A DNA stretch of 64,000 bases from a virus. Below the pieces are notes generated by a model that saw only the letters and a list, made by a program, of their open reading frames with translations, was not told the DNA's origin and made no database searches. Both the position numbers and the translations under genes were made by a program. Of this stretch, positions 49,401 through 56,413 are shown piece by piece (the first letter of the stretch is position 1; every line of letters starts with the position of its first letter). The DNA is taken from positions 32,001 through 96,000 of the IMG/VR virus record IMGVR_UViG_3300020048_000039. One strand, 5' to 3'.

Positions 49401-52400
49401 AGACCCTGAATATTATGGAGCAGGGTATTGGGAAAGTTTTCCATCGTATGAAGAAGCATATCCAGAATTTCAGAAATTTATTGATAGAGCTAAAGCAAAG
49501 AACCCAAGCATTAATTTCATTAATGCAAATATCGTCTATTATGAGGGTAATGGTTCTAAAAATATAAAAGAATATAATAATTTTGATAATGGTGTTGACG
49601 GTTTGGAAAATAGTAGTACCTTTGCAGCCGAAATCCCTGTAAATACCAGTACTGAAATGATGACTGAAAATAAATTAATGTCTTTAAATGATTTACCATT
49701 CAAAGCGGATGTTGAAGCAATGGGGGGTAGTATTCATGCAGTGGGAGGAAGCGTGCGTGATTCATTCTTAGGTAAAGATTCGAAGGATTTGGATGTTCTT
49801 ATTACTGGTGTTCCGCTTGATGACTTAGAAAGAATCGTTTCTAAATATGGTCGTGTTGACTCAGTTGGAAAATCGTTTGGTGTACTTAAGTTCATGCCAA
49901 ATGGTGTAGATTTAGATGAACCTATTGACATTGCGATTCCAAGGACAGAGAAAATGACTGCTGGTGGTGGTCATAAAGACTTTGACGTAACTTCAGACCA
50001 TACGTTACCGATTGAAAGGGATTTAGAACGTAGAGACATTACCATCAATGCAATTGCAAAAGATGCTAACGGTAATATTATTGACCCGTATGGTGGACAG
50101 GAAGACCTTAAGAATAAAATAATCCGTGCAGTTAATCCACAGGCATTTAGTGATGACCCGCTTCGTATGCTCAGGTGTGTGGGATTTGCAAGTCGTTTTG
50201 GCTTTACTATTGAGCCAACTACAATGAAAATGATTCAGGACACTGCTGATAGAATTTCAGGTATTGCTACTGAAAGATTGTTAATTGAGTTTGATAAAAT
50301 AATTAAAAAAGGTAACATTAGACTTGGTGTACAATTATTGAAGGATACTGGCTTATTTAAACATATCTTTGGATTTGACATACAGCAATCAACGATTGAT
50401 AGAAGTCCGTTTGAAGAAGTACGTACAATGGGTGAATTTCTATACCTGTTAATACGTTTATCACCAAATCCTGCTGAATTTTACTTGGGTAAGTTTGCAA
50501 CGGAAGATGCAAAACGTGATAAGATATACAAAGAAATTAAGGCATTGGATATTGGTTTGAGTAATCAAAACGATAATCCAATTGCGTTAAGGTCTATTGC
50601 ACATAACATGTACACGATTGCACCAGAATCTTTAGGTAGTGAAATATTACCAGAAGCACTTGAAATAGCTGCACAGGAATTGTTATCAGGTAAATATCCA
50701 AAGACTGTTGGAGAATTAGCTGTTAATGGAAATGATTTACTTGCAGCAGGTTTGAAGGGTAAAGAGATTGGTGATGCGCAGAGAAAAATGTTATTGAAAA
50801 TATATTCAGATAAACTTCCTAATGATAAGGATTCATTGTTAGCATTATTGGGTAATAATGATTTGGATGAAGCTAATTTAAAGAAAGCAGCAGAAATGGT
50901 GCGAAAATATACCGTAGATGAAAAAAAGGAAGATTTTGATGAAGGTGTTGGTGATAAGTACGCAGAAAGAAAATTTGGTATACCTGATGCTGGTGCTGAG
51001 TTTGATACACTATATAGGCAAGCAAAGGCTGTTAGTGGTGAAAAACCAGTGGCATATGTTAATGGTTTTAACACCAAGACGAATGCTAAAGAGCAATCAC
51101 CAATTTTCTTGAATCCAAAATCATTAAACGGATTTGATAATGCAGTACGAGCAATTTCAGATGAAAGTGGTAATTTATATGTGGCGCAAAAGAATTATGG
51201 ATTTACTCATGGTGATATATCAGTAGCATTGGGATTTTTTAGAAGTAACTATCAAATATTCGAAAGCTACGATAGATATACAACGTATCATAGAGTAGAT
51301 GCAATGCCAGCGTTTGGAATTTCACCAACAAATGAACAATATTTGAAGAAAGGTAATGAAGAAATTGTTGAGAATTTATTAAATGCTGCACGTCAGAAGA
51401 ATCCACAATATGATTTTACGACAGATTACTTTGAGTATGTGAGTGGTAAATACAATGATGAAGTTGGCGTTGATGAAGGTGTTGGAGATAAGTATGCTGA
51501 AAAACGTTTTGGTATTCCTGATGCTGGTGCTGAGTTCGAAAAGAAGTACCAACAAAATAGATTAGTGATTGACGGTAATGAACCATTTGGTTATGTTAGT
51601 GATTTTATTGATTGGAAAGGTAAAACAAGTCCTGAAAAAGTGCCTGTTTACAAAAATCCAAAATCATTAAGAGATTTTGATTATAATGTAAGGGCAATAT
51701 CTGATACACAGGGTAATTTATATGTTGCACTTGTTGACGAAGCATTCAATCATGGCGAAATGGCTGCACATATTGGTTTAATGAATGGTGATGATACTAT
51801 ATATGAGAGAATCACTGATTTTCTATTACTAAATAGGGTCAAAGATAAGGATGTGTTTGGATTTGCTGATAGTAGTGAAGAAGAATATAATCAAAGTAAT
51901 GAAGACCGTAAGCGTGTTACAGAATTGCTTAACATAGTTAAAAGAAGTAATCCACAATTTAAATTCATCCCAAAGTATTATGAAGAAATTACAGGAGATT
52001 TAAATGTTGATGAAAGTCTTGACGAAACAATAAAAGGTGGTAAATATATCATGTATCATGGTAGTAACCATGCATTCAATAAATTCACTGATGAATTTGT
52101 TGGTGGTGAAAGCGCAAACGACCAAGAAGGTGCTGGAATTTATTTCACAACATCTAAGGAAGAAGCTAATAGATATGGCAAATACATATACAAAGTACAG
52201 TTGAAACCAAGGAAGCTAACTAATATTGCAAACAAAAGATTTGTATCGGTAAGTGATATGACCAAGCTAATTAAAATGTCACCAACATGGAAAGATGATG
52301 TCCAAAATTGGGACGAAAATATCATAAGAGGACTTGCAATTGCAATAAAAAGCATAATGGAATATTCTGACAATGAAAAAGATTTATTCCAACAGATTGA

Positions 52401-52962
52401 GCATGACTTCTTTAGGTATCAACCGAGATTATATGTTCAAGGAATGACAAAATTGGGTTATGATGGTCAGCTAATTGATAAGGATTATGAGGGTATTGTG
52501 CATATCATTGTTTACAACCCTGAGATTATCACAATTCTCGAAAGTAATGTTGAAAATACCGAACCAATAAATGAAGAAGAAATGAGTAATATTGCTTATA
52601 GTGCTGTTGTGCTTGATAATGTATCACATCAGAAATTAGTTAAAGTGTTTAAACCTATGATTCCAAAGGATTGGGAAATTCTTGCACATCACATGACATT
52701 AAACTTAGGTGGTATCGACCCTAAGTTTGAACAGGATTTGGGTCGTGACATTGAATTAAGTGTTGTCGATTATGCTATGGATGATAAAGTAATGGCTGTG
52801 GGCGTTGAAGGTTATCCAACCAACAACAAGAAAGCACATATTACTATTGCCGTGAATAGAACTGTTGGTGGTAAACCTATGATGTCAAATGATTTAAGTG
52901 ATTGGAAACCAATCGAATTTCCATTACAAATAGATGGAACAATAACTGAAATAGAAAGATGA
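46462..52962 (+). CDS. 2166-aa polyvalent protein: 5x NPKS domain, 2x H/G(W/Y)VRV domain, class II tRNA nucleotidyltransferase, ART-like domain, 2H phosphodiesterase
   Basis: Motifs read directly from the translation; see the sub-features. Confidence 0.9.
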   Translation: MAIYKIIKPIEELYNNADGNDDILSDIGTTAEVRMGHTITPDNTVNEFGGDSLYSHDDSIGDDEFPAYNNADSSPSIENNLNANSAMYNEDLEYNHVSDATQDTYVIGEEFLGTDKRFEDEFEIFKNPKSIKNLRKDIKGIIDMKTGDFYVANYNMMLHIDLARWLNVKLGFNIPEKWNDLYDGTTYLAVQRRKDSNIFGLSEVYTYEDYNMDDYEIERIISAFEKANQKNPTIEFSLEGIERKTKPEPVDALDERVLSSMAGSSSVEVKQKCRLAGNGNTSTPCNQGDIGNLNIKPLKEAYVNLPYNKTYWGWVSPENQFTQVPELKHAAFIEKRYPDMWDTDKIFDKAFADGWVRVIYEYYPNRYKGTLSLNGGDEERVLHVLKNIFLDSIRWSNTTIYLQFENPNTSRVFNTGDSEGKAELANYLGGLNEINEESLGVIDYEDVELNNPIEMFKNPKSLRNLKPSIRGIIDAETGDLYAANTSNYFHNMLIKWLNQNVGTHYTDNYNLIYKSPDELIPVQRDQNTNVFKLGEMYPTNLDKEMEGRREMLAKIKNGLALAKQKNPSIEFIPQTIDSIEMHEQLNEEIDASEAYRDEDGLQTILDGKRNVGGYVTYNRKNVIQMLEDTGLNILPLSDNPYGLVIVFNDKGRENAMRLWKFAISKGGYFQDSTPDEARFIGKMLEYTDTSIETYVNRIYDENSQRRKQSLNEDFDDNKYVAVVTPDMQLIKGTTHNAIFKQLFPDIEGYAEKYDHAFENGYVRVIWNENEYQGQPIIHASFEGNKANLIAALKRFYYKEIITNRSSVNIDIFETGKSLGFILPEQKQAFSAFMSGLTEDIEEGVGDKYVERKYHMQPEFDDFEQLYRNKLSTEGHDEVVYDDTNKGGTLRIIKNPKSLNSVGADVRGVIDREGNFYTEQRVSGKVHVAILGVLEDLDLIPEDWDWGEHLPTDFITVQRSKDENAILLSEKTEMMTPPEERDPEYYGAGYWESFPSYEEAYPEFQKFIDRAKAKNPSINFINANIVYYEGNGSKNIKEYNNFDNGVDGLENSSTFAAEIPVNTSTEMMTENKLMSLNDLPFKADVEAMGGSIHAVGGSVRDSFLGKDSKDLDVLITGVPLDDLERIVSKYGRVDSVGKSFGVLKFMPNGVDLDEPIDIAIPRTEKMTAGGGHKDFDVTSDHTLPIERDLERRDITINAIAKDANGNIIDPYGGQEDLKNKIIRAVNPQAFSDDPLRMLRCVGFASRFGFTIEPTTMKMIQDTADRISGIATERLLIEFDKIIKKGNIRLGVQLLKDTGLFKHIFGFDIQQSTIDRSPFEEVRTMGEFLYLLIRLSPNPAEFYLGKFATEDAKRDKIYKEIKALDIGLSNQNDNPIALRSIAHNMYTIAPESLGSEILPEALEIAAQELLSGKYPKTVGELAVNGNDLLAAGLKGKEIGDAQRKMLLKIYSDKLPNDKDSLLALLGNNDLDEANLKKAAEMVRKYTVDEKKEDFDEGVGDKYAERKFGIPDAGAEFDTLYRQAKAVSGEKPVAYVNGFNTKTNAKEQSPIFLNPKSLNGFDNAVRAISDESGNLYVAQKNYGFTHGDISVALGFFRSNYQIFESYDRYTTYHRVDAMPAFGISPTNEQYLKKGNEEIVENLLNAARQKNPQYDFTTDYFEYVSGKYNDEVGVDEGVGDKYAEKRFGIPDAGAEFEKKYQQNRLVIDGNEPFGYVSDFIDWKGKTSPEKVPVYKNPKSLRDFDYNVRAISDTQGNLYVALVDEAFNHGEMAAHIGLMNGDDTIYERITDFLLLNRVKDKDVFGFADSSEEEYNQSNEDRKRVTELLNIVKRSNPQFKFIPKYYEEITGDLNVDESLDETIKGGKYIMYHGSNHAFNKFTDEFVGGESANDQEGAGIYFTTSKEEANRYGKYIYKVQLKPRKLTNIANKRFVSVSDMTKLIKMSPTWKDDVQNWDENIIRGLAIAIKSIMEYSDNEKDLFQQIEHDFFRYQPRLYVQGMTKLGYDGQLIDKDYEGIVHIIVYNPEIITILESNVENTEPINEEEMSNIAYSAVVLDNVSHQKLVKVFKPMIPKDWEILAHHMTLNLGGIDPKFEQDLGRDIELSVVDYAMDDKVMAVGVEGYPTNNKKAHITIAVNRTVGGKPMMSNDLSDWKPIEFPLQIDGTITEIER
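49595..49624 (+). promoter_or_regulatory. internal Bacteroidota-type promoter upstream of the CCA domain
   Basis: TTG(49595)-N19-TACCTTTG(49617)CA, followed by in-frame ATGs at 49657, 49660 and 49678. Confidence 0.5.
49678..50856 (+). other. cca: class II tRNA nucleotidyltransferase (CCA-adding-type) domain, without an HD domain
   Basis: AVGGSVRD...KDLDV, ARTE-like PRTE, RDLERRDITINAIA, DPYGGQEDL, FSDDPLRMLR, tail LAVNGNDL..G..IG. Confidence 0.88.
52042..52539 (+). other. ADP-ribosyltransferase-like domain (ART-PolyVal-like)
   Basis: MYHGS...GAGIYFTTSKEEANRYG..YKVQL...LGYDG...IVYNP. Confidence 0.7.
52582..52959 (+). other. 2H phosphoesterase / Trl1-type cyclic phosphodiesterase domain
   Basis: YSAVVLD, two HxT motifs (HMT at 52690, HIT at 52837), G.KPMMSNDL..W. 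Confidence 0.8.
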
Positions 52963-52985
52963 CAAAAATTAAAAGATTAATAGCA

Positions 52986-53018
52986 TTTGACTTTATGTTA
53001 TAATTTTTCATAATTTTG
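52986..53018 (+). promoter_or_regulatory. Bacteroidota-type promoter
   Basis: TTTG(52986)-N21-TAATTTTG(53011), a full consensus match. Confidence 0.7.
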
Positions 53019-53052
53019 TTGTTTTATAAAAAAAAACTAAAAGTTTTGTGAA

Positions 53053-53970
53053 ATGACTACGGATAATAAAATAAAGAGACTCCAAGTTTTTGATTTTGAT
53101 GGCACATTAGCCAATAGCCCAATGCCAGAAGATGGAAAAAAGAAATGGGGAGAGTTTCATGGTAAACCTTTTCCACATAAAGGATGGTGGGGTAGACCAG
53201 AAAGTTTAGACTTAGGTGTGTTTGACATTAAAATGTTTCCAAGCGTGCTTAATCAGTTGAAGCGTGAAGTTTCAACGCCTGATACGTATGTGATTATTCT
53301 CACATCACGTATGGAAAAACTACGTCCACAACTCAAAGCAGTTCTGGATGCAAACGCTGTTCATGTCAACGCACTTGATATGAAGCACAATGAATTAACG
53401 AAAGGTGAAAAAATCTTGCGTTATATCGACCATTTACCTGACTTGGAAGAAGTAAGTGTTTATGACGATAGGGAAGGTGACATTGCATCTTATCAGGCAA
53501 TAAGAAACAGAATACCAGAAGGTATTTCTTTTAATATTTATTTGGCTGATAGTGGTAAGTTTGGATTAGTTGAAGTGGAAAATAATGATAAGCTAACACA
53601 TATTATTATGGAAGAAATTATAAACTTTGCTGATAGTGGTGAAATTTATCATGGGACACATGTTGGTGCAGCCATTAGTATTCAGCGTAATGGTGGAATG
53701 AAACTCAACACCGAACCATATATTTCTTTCACAAGTAAACCAAGTGTTGCAAAGTATTATGCTGAAATGAAAGGTGGTAGGGATAGGGGGATTATTTTGA
53801 GAACACAATTAACCAACGATTTTAAACAATCACCAAAATTTGATAAAAAGGATGGTTATGAGTGGATAACAACACGTGAAATCCCATCAAGTGAGTTAGA
53901 GGTTATGACTTCACAAGGCTGGATTCCATTAAATAAATGGGACTTTATTGATAAAGAAATTAAGACATGA
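53053..53970 (+). CDS. HAD-family phosphatase (Swiss-Army-knife RNA-repair type) fused to an ART-like domain
   Basis: VFDFDGTL, WWGRPESL, ILTSR, K...VYDDR; C-terminal IYHGT...YISFTSKPSVAKYYA...YEW. Confidence 0.8.
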   Translation: MTTDNKIKRLQVFDFDGTLANSPMPEDGKKKWGEFHGKPFPHKGWWGRPESLDLGVFDIKMFPSVLNQLKREVSTPDTYVIILTSRMEKLRPQLKAVLDANAVHVNALDMKHNELTKGEKILRYIDHLPDLEEVSVYDDREGDIASYQAIRNRIPEGISFNIYLADSGKFGLVEVENNDKLTHIIMEEIINFADSGEIYHGTHVGAAISIQRNGGMKLNTEPYISFTSKPSVAKYYAEMKGGRDRGIILRTQLTNDFKQSPKFDKKDGYEWITTREIPSSELEVMTSQGWIPLNKWDFIDKEIKT

Positions 53971-54338
53971 GAAAAATTTTAATTGCAGAGGACAATGAAA
54001 TGAATTACAATCTATTTTTATTAATGTTAAAGGACATTTTGAATATTATCATACTTCATGCTAATGATGGTAACGAAGCCATTGAACTCTGTGATTTAAA
54101 TCCAGATATTTCGTTGGTATTAATGGATATTAACATGCCTAATATGAATGGTGAGGCTGCTGCTGTTGCAATTAAATTATCACACCCTAATATTCCAATT
54201 ATATCACAAACAGCATATTCGATTACTGGAATGGTTAGTGAAGAAAATAGGTGGTGCTTCGAAGATTTTATTTCGAAGCCGATTGATAGTTCTTATTTAA
54301 AAAAACTTGTTAAGAAATATTGTCCAGATGAAAAATAA
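53967..54338 (+). CDS. single-domain response regulator (CheY-like receiver)
   Basis: ILIAEDN, LVLMDINMPNMNG, QTAY, FISKP. Confidence 0.9.
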   Translation: MRKILIAEDNEMNYNLFLLMLKDILNIIILHANDGNEAIELCDLNPDISLVLMDINMPNMNGEAAAVAIKLSHPNIPIISQTAYSITGMVSEENRWCFEDFISKPIDSSYLKKLVKKYCPDEK

Positions 54339-54368
54339 AACAACTGTATTTATAATAAAAGAATTACT

Positions 54369-55103
54369 GTGGGAAAGAAATCAACAAAAGAAGAGTTTAT
54401 TAAAAATGCTGTGAATATACATGGCAATAAATTTGACTATTCTAAAGTTGAATATATTGGTAATAAATCAAAAGTTATTATTAGTTGTCCACAACATGGT
54501 GAATTTTTACAGAGACCTAATGACCATTTAAGTGGATATGGGTGTAAAAAATGCCAATACTTTAAGACATCGAAAGAAAATAAATTTACTAATGATGAAT
54601 TTATTGGTAAGGCAAGTAAATTACATAATAATAAATTCGATTATTCTTTAGTTGTATACGATGGATATGAAAAAAAAATAAAAATTATATGTAAAAAACA
54701 TGGAATTTTTGAACAAACTCCACATAGTCATTGGAGTGGCGCAGGTTGTCCTTCATGCTCCGAATCTCGTGGCGAAAAGAAAGTTGCAGAAATTCTAACT
54801 GAAAATAATATTAAATTTGTCAGAGAATTAACTTTTAGCGATTTAAAAGATAAATCTAACTTATTTTATGATTTTTATTTACCAGAACACAAATTATTTA
54901 TTGAATATCATGGAATACAGCATTGTCGAAGCGTTGATTTTTTTGGTGGAAAGAAAGGATTGGTTGAGACAAGAAAACGTGACATAATCAAATATAAATA
55001 TGCGATAAATAACGGTTATAAGATAATCTGGATATTTAATATTCCACCAAATAATTTAAATGAAATATTAACAAAGAAATTGAAAGAAATATCAATAATA
55101 TGA
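54369..55103 (+). CDS. free-standing putative homing endonuclease (2 Zn-binding repeats + PD-(D/E)XK-like domain)
   Basis: 2x HGNKFDYS.V.Y....CPQHG.F.Q.P..HL.G.GC..C; LFYDFYLPEHKLFIEYHGIQH; GTG start. Confidence 0.82.
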   Translation: MGKKSTKEEFIKNAVNIHGNKFDYSKVEYIGNKSKVIISCPQHGEFLQRPNDHLSGYGCKKCQYFKTSKENKFTNDEFIGKASKLHNNKFDYSLVVYDGYEKKIKIICKKHGIFEQTPHSHWSGAGCPSCSESRGEKKVAEILTENNIKFVRELTFSDLKDKSNLFYDFYLPEHKLFIEYHGIQHCRSVDFFGGKKGLVETRKRDIIKYKYAINNGYKIIWIFNIPPNNLNEILTKKLKEISII

Positions 55104-55906
55104 GTAAAGTATCGCCAAAATATTTACCACAAATAATAGCACCAATTGACGTAGTTTTAGAAAAGCTTAGAGAAATTGATTGTGATTATGAGTATATTCA
55201 AATAAATCCAGATGAATTGAAGGCATCACAACCATTTACATTGTCTGATGATGTATATAATGCAGTAAATGATGATATGAACCCAATTTGGATTGATATT
55301 GATTCGAACATTATTGATGGACATCATTCTTGGGTTAAATCATTGCATACCAATAAGCCAGTGATTGCAATTAAGTTAAGCTTAAATTTTATGGATGCTT
55401 GTAGAGTCTTAAATAAGATTGAAGACATTTATGAATATGAAGAGTCTCGTCTAATGGAAGAAGAAGCACAAGGAGCAATAAACTATTATGGCAGTGACGA
55501 AAACCAATTTTTAAATGATTTAGAAGAAGATAATGCCAAAGTTCAATCGGAAACTCCAAGTCAAAACGAACAAACAATAATTGCATATCGAAAAGAACCA
55601 GTTAAGGAAAATTCAGTTGTTGGAAATTTTTTCTCACTTAAACCAATTGAAGGTTATAATAAATATGAAATAGAATTTAGTAATCTTCTTGACACACATG
55701 TATTGGGAATGACATATAAAGACGGTCAACAACCAGCAGAAATACTTGCAAAGATATGGTTTCCACACGTTAATTTCGAAAAACTAAGCGAACAATATAA
55801 CATGCCGTCCATCAACTTAAAAAACAAGGCAATTGCTGAGAAAGCAATGAAAATTGGATATGATGGTATTAAATATGGCGATACATTAATACAAGGATTT
55901 AAATAA
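55100..55906 (+). CDS. ParB/Srx-like domain fused to a degenerate ART-like domain
   Basis: L..SQ...PIWIDIDSNIIDGHH; C-terminal GNFFSL...YEI...NLLD...GYDGIKYG. Confidence 0.55.
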   Translation: MSKVSPKYLPQIIAPIDVVLEKLREIDCDYEYIQINPDELKASQPFTLSDDVYNAVNDDMNPIWIDIDSNIIDGHHSWVKSLHTNKPVIAIKLSLNFMDACRVLNKIEDIYEYEESRLMEEEAQGAINYYGSDENQFLNDLEEDNAKVQSETPSQNEQTIIAYRKEPVKENSVVGNFFSLKPIEGYNKYEIEFSNLLDTHVLGMTYKDGQQPAEILAKIWFPHVNFEKLSEQYNMPSINLKNKAIAEKAMKIGYDGIKYGDTLIQGFK

Positions 55907-55914
55907 TTTAAACT

Positions 55915-56268
55915 ATGAGCACATTTAAAATTACAAACATAACCAATACGATTGGTAAACGTGAACCTAAATATAATTCTGTTTTAACAATAGAATATAT
56001 CGATAAGATGATGAAGAAACATATCACAATTAAAGCAGGTGATACTATTTTCTTAACATTACCTTCTTTACCTATATCCGCACATAGTCTTAGGGTAAAG
56101 AACTTAATTACCGTTTCCGAAGTAAGTAGTGATGAATTAGCTGCTGCAATCCACGTTACCCCACCAAAGGTCGAAGCAAAGCCAATTACTAAAGAAGTTA
56201 AAGTTGATGTTGTCGAAGTAAAAGAACAAAAAAAAATAGTCGTGAAAAAGGAAAAAGAAGAAGTGTAA
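55915..56268 (+). CDS. hypothetical protein
   Basis: 117-aa ORF with a K/E/V-rich tail. Confidence 0.65.
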   Translation: MSTFKITNITNTIGKREPKYNSVLTIEYIDKMMKKHITIKAGDTIFLTLPSLPISAHSLRVKNLITVSEVSSDELAAAIHVTPPKVEAKPITKEVKVDVVEVKEQKKIVVKKEKEEV

Positions 56269-56297
56269 TTACCTGATTATCATTTAGTAATATGATT

Positions 56298-56323
56298 AAA
56301 GCCAGTATTGTACTGGCTTTTTT
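56298..56323 (+). terminator. intrinsic terminator
   Basis: AAAGCCAGTA/TACTGGCTTT plus T-run. Confidence 0.75.
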
Positions 56324-56413
56324 ACTTTTATTTCATCAGGGATTCAAGATTTTACTCAGTTTTGCGTATTTATAATAAATTACATAAATTTATAAATTTT
56401 TATAAGCAGAAAT

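Noticed and set aside
50300-50860. HD phosphohydrolase domain in the CCA enzyme
   Set aside because: No H...HD motif is present after the nucleotidyltransferase body
46462-55906. Complete T4-type anticodon-repair system (Pnkp + RNA ligase)
   Set aside because: No KxDG/KxNG ligase motif or P-loop kinase is recognisable in the window
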